Below, piece by piece: positions 34,901 through 48,500 of a stretch of DNA of 64,000 nucleotides. Made by a program: the position numbers and the translations under genes. The notes beneath the pieces were generated by a model, which had not been told where the DNA came from, ran no database searches, and was given only the letters and a program-made list of their open reading frames with translations. Positions within the stretch are counted from its first letter, which is position 1. Each line of letters starts with the position of its first letter. The stretch is from Vicugna vicugna (taxonomy: Eukaryota), in the NCBI GenBank assembly GCA_013265495.1, contig MU061464.1, positions 310,001 through 374,000 of the forward strand. Direction: 5' to 3'.

Positions 34901-37900
34901 TGCTGGTTGGTGGGAGGCGGGAGAGGGTAAGAGGGAAGAAGGGAGACGGCTCCTGGTGTTTCTGGCTGGGGAGAGTCGCTCTGCGAAGGCGGCACTGGTC
35001 GGAGGGGAACACGGAGGAGCGGGCTTGGAGGGAGAAGAGCGAGTCCAGCTGGAGGCGTTCTGCTGACCTGGAGCGGCCGGGAGCCCGGAGAGAAGTCAGG
35101 GCTGCAGACCTGTCGGGGAGGTACTGGGACTGACGGCTGCAGCCACGCATGTGTGAGGTCCCCAGGGGTGCCCACGGCCCAGAGACCCCGCAGGCAGAGG
35201 AAGGGGAGGGAGAAGGGGGCCAGGAAGACCCACCCACGCGGACGGTAGTGGTGCCGAGCACCGGGGCGTCGTGCTGTTCCCGTGTGTTACATCATAGGAT
35301 CTTCACAGCAGTGCTCCCTGAAGTGCTTATCGCCCTTGTCTTTGCCAGATAAGCTGTCTAAAGCTCGGGAGAGCAACTTGCCCCACCGCCCAGGAGCAAG
35401 TAGGGAAGAGCTGTCAGGCCTGTCCGAGGGCACGGGAAAGTCAGGTGGAGACTGAAAATGGGAGACTGGATCTGGCAACTAGGTGTTCAGGTGGCAGCCA
35501 GAGGGCTCTGGAGGGAGGAGGGAGTGGGGCTTGAGAAGTGGGGGCGGCCTGCGCACACACCTGTCCGTGTACAGGCTTGGGCTCCGTGTGTCGTGGTGAC
35601 TGGCGTTTGTGTTTTGGAGGCAGACGGGGGAAGACATGCCTGCAGGTTGGAGAGGGAATAGCTAACGGAGCAAGGCCTCCAGAAAGCCAGGCAGTGGGTC
35701 TGGGTGCCGAGTGCTCGGGGGCCTGCCTCGGGAGGGAAGGGGACAGTGGCGGCGTCCCTTTGGGGGGCCATCTGCCAGGGGAGCCGAGGAGGACGGAGGT
35801 GGTGTGACTGGAGATGAGTGTGTGGGTAGCGGGGCGGGGGGCGAGAAAGTTCGCTCCTGGTGGCTTGCGTTTTCTCCGTGAGCGGGGAGCAGACCCGCTG
35901 CTGAGCGCGAGCAGGCCTGCAGAAGGCAGCCGAAAGTCAGTAACAGCCAGCGTGGAAAGACATCCTTGCTGATGAGGACGCGTGATGGGTGTGGGCACTG
36001 AGGCCCCACCTGGGGTTCTGTCGCTGGGGACTAGGTGCCGCTGGTGGCTTTTGTTTTTTCTTTCTTTCTGTCTTCTGGTTGATAAAGACAAGTGCCACAA
36101 ATGGCCTTTTAGAACAGACCTCACAGGCCTCGCCTGAAGTGTCCGGTTTAGATGGTGATTTCAGGAAGCCCAAGGCAGAAGGACCCACGCTGAGCTCAGG
36201 GAGCCTGCCTTCTGGTCCCGGTTCTCCCACCGATGGGTGGGCACGGGGAGGCCGGCCATCTCCCTGCGCCCCGGTTCTGCCGTCTCTCACTGGGTGAGGG
36301 TCCGCGTCACGTCCCCTCAGAACTTCTGTGAGACTTGACATCGTTGCACAAAAACGAGTGGACAAAAGAGTAGGAGCAGCCAGACTCCTGTCACTCACCC
36401 ACCGTCCACGAGTTCTCTGACGGCAGCTCCCACGCCGTGCCTTTGGAGCACCGAGGCCCGGACAGCTGCCAGGGACGGCGCCCAGCTGCCCGCCCATGGG
36501 CTGCACTGGCCCCGGGGCCGGGGAAGCAAGTCGGGAAAGGGGGAGCAGACGTTGGGGGGGCTGTGATGGGGGCTGGGGTGTTGCTGTGCGCCACACTCGC
36601 TGAGGCACCCCGGGTCCTTTCCTGAGGGTGGCCGCGGTCTGCGTTCACTGCCTACGTGGTTTCTTTCCCTCCATTACTGTGTTTGGTTTCTGCTGGGTTC
36701 GTTTCTCCCTCTTGGCTGAAAGTGTGCCACGTAGAAGAGAACCCAACAGTTGGTTGAAGGAGCTCAGGCGTTACTTGTAGCCTCTTCCCTTCAGTGTCTT
36801 TTCTCCTTCCCAGCTCCGTCATGGCGCCTGATTTTCTTTGCCTGTAGAGAAATCAGAGACAGTCTGAAGCATTTCTTCACTCTTGTCGGTGCACTGTGTT
36901 CTTCCCTGAAGATTTATTCTGCAAAGCCATTAAGTGTCTGCCTCCCGTTAGGAACAGTGCAGGAGGGTGTGGCGAGCGCCGAGAGCTGAGTCCGGACCCA
37001 GTGGGCGGCTCAGAGGTCACTGTAGTGACTTAACAAGTCTAAGCAGGTGAGAAGCACTGTTTTTAAATTAAGCCTCTGATATTTCTCTGTGCTGTTGCAT
37101 ATTTGAGAGAAACATGGGCATTTCCTTTTTTCTTCCTTAAGCTGTTGCACAACTTAATGCTTGGAAAATTCTTCACAGGAAGAAACAGGGTGTAACAGTG
37201 TGAGACTTTTTAAAAAAAATGTACCCTTTTAGGTTAAATCTGAAAATATTATTCTCTCCCTCACCCCCCAGCTCTGATTTCCTTCTGAAAGTCTTAATAT
37301 CACCCCATGGTTAAATATTATTTGAAGTAAGACATAGTTAAAAAACTAAAACCACGTAAACATGAAATTAAAACGTAGTCTATAAATGTGTTCTTCCATT
37401 TCCTGAGAAGCAACAGGAAGGGTTTGCTTTCTCAAAATAAACTGAGCAGCCTGACTGTGAACTCAGAGCAGCTGAGATCAAAGATTCCAGCGTCATCACT
37501 CAACGGGAAAGTTTCAGTCATTTTTCCTAACCTCAGAAAATCAAGTCGAACACTCTTTTTTTAAGCACAAGGAACCAGGACGTGTATGTAGAGCTCAGAA
37601 CCCTTCCTTTGCGCACGTGACGCTGCCGTAGCCCAAGTGCTGACTGCCTGATGTCGAGAAGGGTCCGCTTCCAAGACGCAGCTGGTCGGGGCCGGCAGCT
37701 AGACACGCGCTGCGGGCGAGTGTCCTTCGGCGTCTCACGTGGAAAGAACAGGGGACACGAAAGCCAGCCGAGCTTCTACGTCCACGTAGTGTCGGAACGT
37801 GAGCTCGGACCTGCTGGGGCAGTGGACTGCTTCGTGGCTCTGCTGGTGGGAGAAGCTCAGCAGCCCGTGTTGGACTTGGGGACGGAGTCTGCGGTGGTGA

Positions 37901-38279
37901 CAGTGTGCATGAGAGCGCTCGGGCAGGAATGGGGACGTCTGTTAGTCTTTCTCCACTGCCAGGAACAAGGAGTGAGAGCCCCTCCTAAAGAGAGGAAGTC
38001 AGCTGTGTTGTGGTTGGCAGGTTTCTGTCTGTGAGCTATAAGCAAGATTAGGGAGAAAAATATGTGGTAAGTATTCATCTGTCACTAATTAGTGGGCTCA
38101 AAGTTACGCAATTTTAATTTTCTCAAATAATATAAAGCAGGTCAGCATTTTGAAGTCTTGGACAGTGTTTGTATGTATTTGGGAAGGTGTGTACACTGAT
38201 AACTTTATAGATGTTCTCAGTGGACCAGGTGTTTTCCGGTATTTGTCTTTCAAGGAAAGGTAGAGAAAGCCGTGCACAG

Positions 38280-38640
38280 CCCGTGACCTCGGTTCCTCTC
38301 TCAGTCCCCGTCTTCAGCTTATCTAAGTCTTGGTATTTACAGTGGGTCCCTTGTGGATGACAAACACAGGGTCTCTTTTTTAATCTTCTCTGACAATCTG
38401 TCGTTTAATTGTTGTATTTGGGTGATTCACACGTAAAGTAGTTATTGCTGTGGTTGGACTAGTATCTGCCGTGTTTGTCTGATTGTGTTCTGTTTGTTGC
38501 ACTGGCTCTGTTTCTTTTTTCCACTTCTTTTTTTCTGTGGTTTTAAGTGAACATTTTATATAGTTCCATTTTGCCTCCTTTTTAGCACATACTTGCTTTA
38601 CAGAGTTTTAGTCCTAGCCCTAGAGCTTACAAATGATCTC
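38280..38640 (-). mobile_element. Old L1 fragment
   Basis: cccttgtggatgacaaacacagggtctctttttaatcttctctgacaatctgtcgtttaatt...gattcacacgtaaagtagttattg. Confidence 0.65.
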
Positions 38641-38669
38641 ACTTGCTTAAAAAAACAAAACAAAACACC

Positions 38670-38855
38670 AAAAACAAAACATGTGTGTGTGCACAGAAAG
38701 CAACTTGCAAGGATACACGCCAGGACACCGAGTCCTTACCTCTGAGCAGCAGGGTAATAGGTAATAAGTCTTTTTTATAGTTTTCTGTATTGTCTGTATT
38801 TTTAAAAGTACCAAACAGGTACTACTTTTATAATCAGAAACAACAAGGCTCTTTT
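38670..38855 (+). mobile_element. L1ME-like 3' end
   Basis: cacagaaag...ggatacacgcc...ttacctctg...ttttctgtattgtctg...tactacttttataatcagaaa. Confidence 0.6.
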
Positions 38856-41451
38856 CATTTTGAAGAAGCGGAAAAGGCAAATCACAGCAAAGCAGGCCGA
38901 CAGTCGCTCACGGGTCTGGTGCGCCCTTTCTCCGCTGCGCACTGACCCACCGCCACCAGCAACCTCTGGGAGCAGGTGGGAGAGGGCTTGGCTGCCGCTC
39001 GCCTGCGGCGGGAAGGTGGCCCACTCCTGCCTGCGCCTCTGCCCACAGCGGGAGGGCAGCCTCTGAGTGACTTAGCAGCAGTCCACCCTTGGTTTGACAA
39101 AGAAAAGGTTTCTGTTTAATACAGAGTGAACCAAACCCCTCTGTTTCTGCGTAATTAAGTTTCCCTCTACATAGAAATGTCTTGATGCCGCTTAACTGTC
39201 TTTCAGAAAAATAATGAGCAGAGTAAGAACACTTGAAGACCAGTTTAAAGTACAGCCTTCCTCGTAAAACCTGCAGTTCTTTGGTTTCCTGCCGAGAGAC
39301 CTGCTCCCCCTGGGCGGGTGGGGACGGGCCTGCTGGGGCTGGCGTCATGGCCGCAGGCGAAGGCACTGTGACTTGCCGCGAGGCTGCCGTTCCATCTGGA
39401 CGTGGGGGAACCGTCCCCCTTGTGAAGTTTAGGGAAGGTCACCGGCACTGTCCTTGCAGGGTTAACGGTGTCTTCTGAGCTCACTTGTGCGTGTAAAGCA
39501 GACCTGAGGGAGGTTTGAGAAGGTTGTAGGGCTTAGTGCAAACAGACGAAATGTGGTTCTTAGTACCAACTAACCTGCTGGGTGTTTTCAAAAAAGTCGT
39601 AAGTTTTATAAACCCTGCAGTTTGTTGGCCTGGATAATTGGGACCATTATCTTTTGCTGCTTAACTGCTGCATTCAAGTAAACAAAAGACAAATGACTTT
39701 CTGTGTCTTCTGAAAGAAGAGCCTAAAAAAAGCAAACCACTTTTTTCTCTACTTCCAAGTGAGAAAAGCTCAGTTCTCCACTTTAATACGTCTTATTACT
39801 GGAGCCAGGCGATTTTACTTAAGGTGAGAAGCAGAGTAGCAGTCTGCTTAAAGCTCACAGAATTGCACGTTCTGATACGCACAGAAACAACCGGAAAAGG
39901 GACGAAATGATAAAATGTCATCACAGTAAATGTATTGTTGCAGCTGTGTTCAAACGTACACATTTTGAAGGGAGTACAAAATATAAATATTGCTCTTCAA
40001 GGAATCACGAGTGAAATCGAACAGGCTTTCTTTATAAAATTGTGACGTTGAATATTTTACAAGAAGTAGAAGTCAGAAGTCCAGCTTCTGGGGTGCTCAT
40101 TAAGATAAGCCAGAAGCGTTGCTGAGTTTACATTTGCAGTGTGAATGGTGTCAGCAGGCTGTTCAGTAGGGTGGGGAGTAGGGTAAGTGAGTTGACTCCT
40201 TTTTAAACTCGTTTCTGAAGAGGAGCCGTGGTACGTGGAAGCACCGTGGAGGAGCCGTGGCGAGGTCCAGGCCTGTGGCTGTTGGCCCGTTTCTCTAGCT
40301 CCCTCTGACCTGCTGTCCCTTCGCCCTGGTGGTAGCGGGTCAGGGTCTGCACTGCGACGTTCTCTCTGCCTTTCTGCTCCCCAGGCACAGCTGTGAAAAT
40401 TACTTAAGTGGGGAGTGGTTTGGGGGTAAGAATTGTGAATGGAGGAAAGAAATAATCCTCTCATTATTTAAATACAGGGAAAGAGGATTATCTGCAACCC
40501 TGAGCTTTTGCCCCCAAAGAACTGATAGTGTAATAGGTTATCTTTGCTTTTATAAATGTAAACCATAATGCTTTAATAACTGCCCTTAGGGAAAAGTCAG
40601 CAGGCACTAATTTCAAGCTACCTTTTCATCCATCTGTGTGTTTCATAATCAGTTGCTCTTTGGAAGAAGTAGGGGCTTGTGATCCGTCCTGCCACAAATG
40701 CCCAGCATGAGATCCACATCCTAGAGCAGAGCTTTGGCAAAGAGGCCAGCTCCCATTTTGTACTTTCAAGGAGGTGGTTGTAAGCAGTGAAGTGAAAATT
40801 TAAAAACTGCAAAAATGGTTTTGGCAGTAACTCATAAAAATACTAAAATAATCTTTATATAATTGGCAAATTGGTATATATTTTATAAATACATATAATG
40901 AACAAAATACATGACATACTTTATGTATTTGCTAAAATAGAGTTCTCTGCCTTTTTAGTGTTTAATTCTAGATGAGTAATTGTTGTGTTTTAGGGGGCAG
41001 TACCACTAAGGCCGAAAAGCAACGTTTTTACAACAGCCTTAAAGTACAGTTTACCAAGTAGTGTTCCCACTTTATGGACGGAACCTAAGAGCTGAGTAGT
41101 TGAGTTTAAGGGCACGCGTCAGATGAGGTGTTCCTCCCAAGGGAGCCTCCCTCGGTGCTGGGTGGGGAGCTCACAGACCTCTTGCTTAAGATGGCTTTTA
41201 TCTCAGCCATTCCAAGATAAGGGAAATGTACATTTTCAGCCTTTCTGGAAGAAATAAAAACCTCTGCACTCTGATCTTTCAAACTAATAATATTTTAAAC
41301 TAAATTTGTTATGCTAAAACTTCTTTCTGTGGCCCCTAGAGAGAGAAGCAGACAGAGTGACCAGACGTGCCCTGTGCAGCACGCTGTGTGGGTAACGCCG
41401 AGCCGTGCGGAGGCGGAGGCAGGGGTGGGGGGTGGTCGGGACCCTCTGCTT

Positions 41452-41565
41452 CTGTTTGCCTCCTCAGCGGTCCTGGTAACCGGGCACATTAACAAAGGTC
41501 TGTCTCCCGCTTTAAAGAGATTAAAAATGATTCTCCCTTTTCAACTCTCTGCTTCTGGGGAGCCC
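41452..41565 (+). repeat. 114-bp direct repeat, copy 1
   Basis: Aligns without gaps to 43004-43117 with 5 mismatches. Confidence 0.95.
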
Positions 41566-43003
41566 ACAGAAGCCAAGCCTTGTTTATTGGAGGTTTTCCT
41601 GGCAGAGGCCGGGCCAGACGTGAGCGTCCTCTCGTGTCTCTCAGTTTAGCCTTCCTTTGTTTCCCGTGCTTGGCTGTGAGGAAGGGACCCTGTTCATGAG
41701 CCTCGGTGCCTTTCGTGTATGGTGCATTCTTAAACGGATTCCATTTTGCTCTGACCCTTTGAGATTTTTTAAATTGCTTTGTCCCGGTTCCTGAGCATTT
41801 TTGAAATATTAAAAACGTTCACGAGGGGGTGGGCCATGGGAAGACTTCCCGGCGTTGTTTGTTCTTCGCCAGTTGTGCGTCCGCACGGAGAAGTTCAACG
41901 CCGGATTAAATTCCGCCAGGTGCGCTGGTCACTGGGACTGACGGTCCCAGTTCTTTTGATATTTAAATCTGTATTTCTAAGGCAGAAAGTGCCGAGTGGG
42001 AGCCTCTTAACCCAAGTGTCTGTGCTGAGCTGTTCCCATTGTCCCGTGAAAGAAAGGCCTTAAGTAGTGCCCGGGTTGGCCCTGGAGCTCCGTGTCAATG
42101 GTAAGGATCAAAAGATTGGTCTGCTCTCAGATTTTTGTCTTTGAACCAAGACTTTCCAAAAAGAACACAGACTTGTTTGAATCTTGCCGCCTCTGGGTGT
42201 GAGTGGTTGTGCAAGGCGGCAGTATTTTTTCAACTATTCATAATAGACGCAGAGGTATGAAATTGCAAGAAAAACAAAAATACGTTGCGAACAACTGTAC
42301 AAAGCAGCCTTTGAACGCAGGTGGTCCTCAGCCTGGCGGGCTTGCTGCTCTCCCTCCACCTCATGGGGGACACCGTCCGTGCGTTCCCACGTGGCCGTGT
42401 TCCACAGCACGGCCTTCTCACTCAGCCCCCATCTCAGTGAGCTGCCGGGTTGTCTGGATTCTATCTTAGACCTAAATTCTTAAATGTTATCTTTTATCTC
42501 TTGAAACTCTCCAGTGTGCCGCTCCCACACAGAGCTGCCGTGTGGCCTCCGCCCTGTCCGGTGCCTTCCCTGACTCTGCCCTCCAGCGCCTTTTACACAC
42601 TGAAGTCTCAGGGCTTTTTACAAAACAAAACTTTTCATTGCCCTTGAACTCATCAGAAGCAGTTAAAAGCTAGACTCCTTAAGAAGTCTTCAAGGCCTGG
42701 CAGGAGGGAGTCCCGGTCTGTCTCCAGTCCACCGCTGTGGCCCTGCCTCACCCCAGCATGCTCCTGACCCACGCCCATGCGCAGCCTCACAGCCCTCTTT
42801 CTGTTCCTCTAATCTGCCGTGCTTTCCTGACAACAAGCCTTCAGGGTGTGTCTGAGGCCCAGAATGCTCTCCCCTCTGCTGCTTCATTTTTGTGTAGCCA
42901 GCTCCTGCTTCTTCCTTTTGCCTTCGTTGCAGTGTCGTGCCCTTCAGGACGTCCACGTCACCCTTTGAGCTGAGCTGGGTCCCCATGCTGTTTGTTTCTG
43001 TAG

Positions 43004-43117
43004 CTGTTTGCCTCCTTAGCAGTCCTGGTAACCGGGCACATTAACAAAGGTCTGTCTCCCACTTCAAAGAGATTAAAAATGATTCTCCCTTTTCAACTCT
43101 TTGCTTCTGGGGAGCCC
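43004..43117 (+). repeat. 114-bp direct repeat, copy 2
   Basis: Same as copy 1; offset 1552 bp. Confidence 0.95.
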
Positions 43118-45089
43118 CCCAGCATCTCACTCATTGCATTCAGGTCCTTTTCTAATAGATTCCAAGCCCCAGGGAGGCGCAGATGTATCTGCCGTGTTCG
43201 CGCTGTGTCCTGGGAGCTGCACACAGTAGGATCGCAGGTGATCTTGGAGGGAATGGACACGTTCCAAATCACCCCCACATCTTTCATGTTATTACTTACG
43301 GCAGCGTTTGTCACACGGCCCACACAGGCATTTCAGACAACTCCTTCCGTTGACTTCATCAGCTTTCTTAATTGTACTTAAGATGTGCAAGCGTAAAATT
43401 AAATATTCCTCCATGTGCTTATAGCTCTTACACAGCTATTAAAACACTTTCAGACATCACAGATAAATGCAAACAATATTTTAAACCGTTAAAATTTAAA
43501 ATGTTGATATAATGGATACTTTTTTGCTGAAACTAAATTAACTGTTGATTTTTAGAAAATGATACAAAGTTGCTGCCTTGGGTTCTCATAGATACTCAGT
43601 GCACGTTAGTCTTTGGGTTTTGATGCAGTGACATGAGGAATGCCTGCCGGCAGCACACACTAGTTATGCAGGAGCACCAGGTGGACGTGAAGGCTTGCTT
43701 GCTGTCCTGGGACCACCGGAGCACGACTCTGCCGGCGAGCGGTACTTGAATTACAATTTGAATGACTAACGATTTCCAGTTTTCTTGCTAGCACAGTCAG
43801 TGTCTCGTACATTCAGAGATAAGGTTAGCCTTCCAGTCACTGAAATCAGCACCAAACACGTAGCTAATTCAGCAGCTACTGGAATCAGGAACAGGGACAT
43901 AATGTCTGTTAGTTTCAGTTCTTACAGACGTGGAACGTGCTTACTGTTCAGCGCAGCCAAGTATCTGACTGCCGGAGGGAGTCGATGGTAGAAATGACCC
44001 TTTCCGCACCATTTTGGAAACAACTTAAACGTAATTCCTTTTCTTATCATCGCCTCCTCTCTGTATTTTTGAACCTCTAAAATAGACCCTTGTCCTGCCG
44101 TACCTCGGCCATCGTGACAATCCTAGGAACGCCTTGACGCCATTGCACCTTTCTGTGGCGTGACTCCCTCGGCGGTGTCTCTGCCCCGTCCTTTCCTCGT
44201 TAGCCCGTGCTGATTAGTACAGCGCTGCACTGCTCTGCCTGTCATTCCGTGGTGTCATGAAATCAAAGTCCTGCTCAGCAGCCAGTAAGGAAGTGTCTCA
44301 GATGGACCCTTATCCCCGTCGCGTGTGCCTGCCCGCACGTCATCAGCGCTGTCTGTTGCTGGCGGGGATCGCTCGGCACCACTGGCACCGTAAGTGCAGT
44401 CACAAGCGCGCCCAGGTCTGCACTTTCGACTGCACTGTGTTTGTAAAGGGGGGGTTCAGACGATCCAGGGCGCACTCACATCTGCTTCTTTCAGATCAAC
44501 ACTTACAGGGACGTGCAAAACTGAAAGACGATTCTGGAGACATCACGGGTCTTTGAGTGTATTCATGGCTCTCTGGGGACCCTGAGACCCTCGTTTGAGA
44601 CACTTGCTCACGACGTTCACAGCAGGCCGTCCTCAGACACACCCCGGATTGCTGTGCCCGCAGAGGTGCTCTGGCTCACGTGGATCATGCCCTCGGTTCT
44701 CAGCTCCCTCTAGCCTCCCACCTGTCCCTGAGTCTCACCGAGCCCCTGCTTGTTGAGAGGATGGAGATGCCTTGTTTTCTGGTCTCTCTGACACCTCAGG
44801 GGCTCCTGTTGGAGTCTCTCTCTCGCTACCTGTGGCTCCCTGGGTAACTGCAGCCCCTTCACCGGGGAGCGCAGAGCAGCTTTTGAGGAGAGAGTGCAGT
44901 ACGACCAGAGCAGACGGGTAGGGGAGGCAGAGAGGGTCTCACGTTTATCAGACCCTTATACTCAACATTAGGAGGAAAAATTAGGACGAATCTTGCTGAC
45001 GTAAGACCCCAAAGTTGAAGGCATTTTATTACGCAGACATGACACCATGGCTTTGGCCTAAGGACTTAGCAAGATGCTCAATTGTTCGT

Positions 45090-45270
45090 GTGTATATATT
45101 TTAGTGGCTTTATTGAGATATAACTCGTACACATGCTGTTGGCCAATTGAAGCATACGGTTCATGGTGGTAAGTACATTCAGAGTTGTGCATCTTCACGA
45201 TCAGCCCTAGAATATTTCTCCCCAGAAGAAGCCCTGTGTCCGTCGTAAGTCGTTCGCATTTCCCCGCGAC
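45090..45270 (-). mobile_element. L1MA/MB-like 3' end
   Basis: gctttattgagatataactcgtacac...gtaagtacattcagagttgtgcatc...ccccagaagaagccc. Confidence 0.8.
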
Positions 45271-45339
45271 GCCCCCCCCCACGGGGATTTATGAGTTTCA
45301 TGATGCCGGCGAGGCTTGCTGATGTCACGGCGTCTCACC

Positions 45340-45560
45340 TTATCCCCTCACGCGAGGCAGTCGGTTCCTGCGTGATAGCAGTTGTGGGGCTCTCGCCGTG
45401 TGCCAGGCGCGGTGCTGGGCCGCGTGCAGCCACTGTGCCGTTTAGCTGACACGGCACCTGAGTGAGGTCTGTCCTGCTCGCGTTCCCCCATTATAATGAA
45501 ATTCAGGCTCAGCACCGTTAAGTGACTTGCCCAGGGTCGCACGAGCCCTAACGCTTAGGA
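45340..45560 (-). mobile_element. MIR fragments
   Basis: cccccattataatgaaattcaggctcagcaccgttaagtgacttgcccagggtcgcac. Confidence 0.6.
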
Positions 45561-48500
45561 GGGTTCTAAGCTCCTAGCGAGTGCCCTCAGCTGCTGAACT
45601 CAGTACGGGAGAAGCCTCCCTTACCCCTGAGGCTTTGCAGCAGGAACTGGGAAGCCACAGGGCGAGAATTTTATGTGCACGGTGACGCCACGTTATTTGG
45701 ATGCAGATTTCTTCATGGCTCCCTTGGCCTGCTCGCTGCAGGTGCAGTTGAGAGTGGCAGGAACCTCGCGGGTGTGTGGCCACTGCTGCCTGAAGCGGTC
45801 ACTGCAGCCTTGTGTGCACTTAGCAAGGGTGGACGTGATCCGTGAGCCAGTGGCGTTGCGGCGGCTGGCCTGGAGTAGGTGGAGATGCGTGTCGGGGGTT
45901 CGGTTTGGGTTACAGCCCAGATTCAGGCAGCGGGGAAGTGAGAGATTTCTAAGGTGAAACCGTTAGAACTTGATAACCTTCTGGATGCGAGAGCTGAGGG
46001 AGAACCTGAAGAAGCTGTAAGAATGCCAGCTCAGAGGACACGGGCCAGGTGCCAGACCGATGCGAACTGGGCGCGAGGTGAGGTAGGGCACGTCAGAGCC
46101 GGTGGTGGACTCGGTTCAAGGCTCTGCTCTGACGGTCCGGGAGCCTTTGTGCTCCTCCTGGCCTTGGGAGCTTCAGTCACTTTATTAGAAGAGGAAGGAC
46201 GTTAAACTGTGTTTGCTTGTCTTTTAGGTTTTCTAGAAAATTGATGGACGTTAACGTTTCTCCTGGTATCAGTCGTTTAAGACAAGCATTTAATTCGCTG
46301 TTAGCGCTTCCCTAGCGTATTCCTATGTTTTTGCAGAATTTTCCTTGAAGTAGGAGTACTCAGAAGGGAAACTCGAGAAACAACCTTCTGTCACCGGCGG
46401 GGTGAGAGAGGTTTTAAACTCCGCTCCTCCCCCAGTGGAGTTCAGCCTGATAATGCAGGTGTTTTCTCAGCTGCAGGCCCCAGCGTCCATCCCGTCCTTC
46501 GCGACGGGATTTCTCAGGATAAAACTTCAGTTCAAGGGAGACAGATCCTGTAGGGAGCAAGTGCCTTCCCAGTTCCGCCTTGTGAGCTTGTGAATACTTG
46601 CTCAGTTTGCTAGCTTTAAGGGCACTGCTAGTAGTCACAGCGTTTTATTCTCGAGCAGTTAAATTTAGACTCAAGTTTTCAAGTTTGGCCTAGAATTGAG
46701 CTTTAATAATTCTGCTTCAAAATCTGCTTGTGAGACGCGGTGCTCAGTACTGAGGGCACCGTGGCGACAGATGTGAAGTCGCTTCCTGTGTTTCCTGCCT
46801 CGAGGTTGCAACATTATGTAAGCTGTTTACAGAGGAGCTGCTCGGGAGGAAGAGTTCAGCCGCTCCTGCCACAAGGTGCGGGCCCCCAGCGTTTCGTACG
46901 AGTCCTCTGGTCTCTCCCTGTAGCTGGCTTCTGCTTGTGGAGTCAGCTTATCCTGCGTACATCTGGGGTTAAATGTCACGGTTCCTGTTCTATACTTGGT
47001 TAAGGAGAGCGAGTAGATGACTGTCTGAGGTTGCACTGGTGTTTCTAGCCTCATTAATGATTAATTAAAAGTGCCCCGAAGCACACTTGTCTTCTAAGCG
47101 CCTGTACGTAAGGGTCCTCGGGAGCTCGAGTGCTTGAGAGGCCCTCTTACCACGCCTGGAGAGATACGTCTGCTCTTGGGCTAAACCACGTGTGCGTACA
47201 GCCCGAGCGTGGCGTCTGAGCCTGGCTGCCTTCGCGCCAGTTTCTGCGGGCAGGGTTGCTTCTAGGTCCCTGCTGGCTGCAGAGCCCCGCTTCTCACTGA
47301 CGCTCTTGCCGCGTCCTGCTGCCTCCGGGAGTACTGACCAGCGTGTGCCTAACTGTCACGTGAACACTTACTCATTTACGTTAAGTGACTGCATTTTAAA
47401 CCTTCCTGCTAATTTGCAATCGGAACACGAGGTGACCCAAATATCTGGTTACTGTGGTTTGGTGCCGGTGATTTCAGTAACTTCAGTGGCCCTTTTCTGT
47501 GGCAGAACACCACTGACCAATACGTGAGGTGTGTTTTGCACTGTTGTTTTCTTCTCTTTCCGCTCTCCCCTCCACGTGCTTGCTTTCGGCGCTGCCTCGC
47601 CCTCCTCTGGCTCTGGCCGGGCACCTGGAGCTTTACCTCCGCGCGCCGGCGGGGCCGCTGTGCTTCTGTTCGCCTGGGGAGGCTGTTCGGTGAGCGGCCT
47701 CCCCCTCAGTGCCTGCCGATCTCCTGCAGGATTTCACGTTTGTATTTCAGATGTTGGAATATGGCTTAGGTCTGTGCGTAATCACTCACCCTGAGAGCCT
47801 GTGGTCTCGCATTTAAATGCAGGTCCTTTGGTGACCAGTCCTATAGTGGACAGCCCCCAGCATGGTGCTAACTGTACGGTGCTTTCGCGGTCAGAGCTAG
47901 TGGAGTGGCCTTGCCCGGGGGCGTGGCGGGCGGCTTGTTGTCTGGTCACAGAACGCAGAGAGTGTTCTGCTAGCTGCCTTCAGAGATGTTGCGTGTCCAT
48001 TCCAGGCCACATCACTCACCGCCAAGGCATGAGGTCTGAAACTGCCCCGAGCCGGTCAGTCAGCTTTCTTTATTCTTTATGGAAGTCCTTGTACTGTAGT
48101 GACCAGAGTTTTGTTCTGTTATTTGTTACCAAAGAGGTAAGACATGGACCTACCCAATCATACTATGTACCAAGCGCGTTAGAATCTGTTCCTTTCCCAG
48201 TTTTGGTTTCTCCATTCACGTCTCCGAGAGACTTTCCGTAAGGGTGGCCACATTCTGAGGAACATGTCCAGTTGACGTTGAAGGACCTCAGTGCTGCCCT
48301 TGGGGAAGCTGAGTGGGATCTGTATGTAGCTCTTCAGCTTCCCCCGGGTTCTGGCTGCTCACTCAGCACAGCTGCATTTCACCGAAGCGAAGGCGTGTGT
48401 TCTGTTGCCTTCCCCAGCGTCGCCCCCACCCCGCCCAGAGGAGTGTGCGTCGCCGAGGGCTCCCCGCCCCCCACACTGAGCCGGGTACATAGCAGGTGCT

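Noticed and set aside
34492-36608. Several ORFs over 200 aa
   Set aside because: They overlap L2/MIR remnants and GC-rich intronic sequence, with biased composition and no homology recognised.
45058-45282. ORF ending ...ELYLNKATKI
   Set aside because: Typical spurious translation of an L1 3' end.
46228-46265. Possible exon with ATG (MDVNVSP)
   Set aside because: Good acceptor, but only a weak donor (CTG|GTATCA) and no recognised protein.
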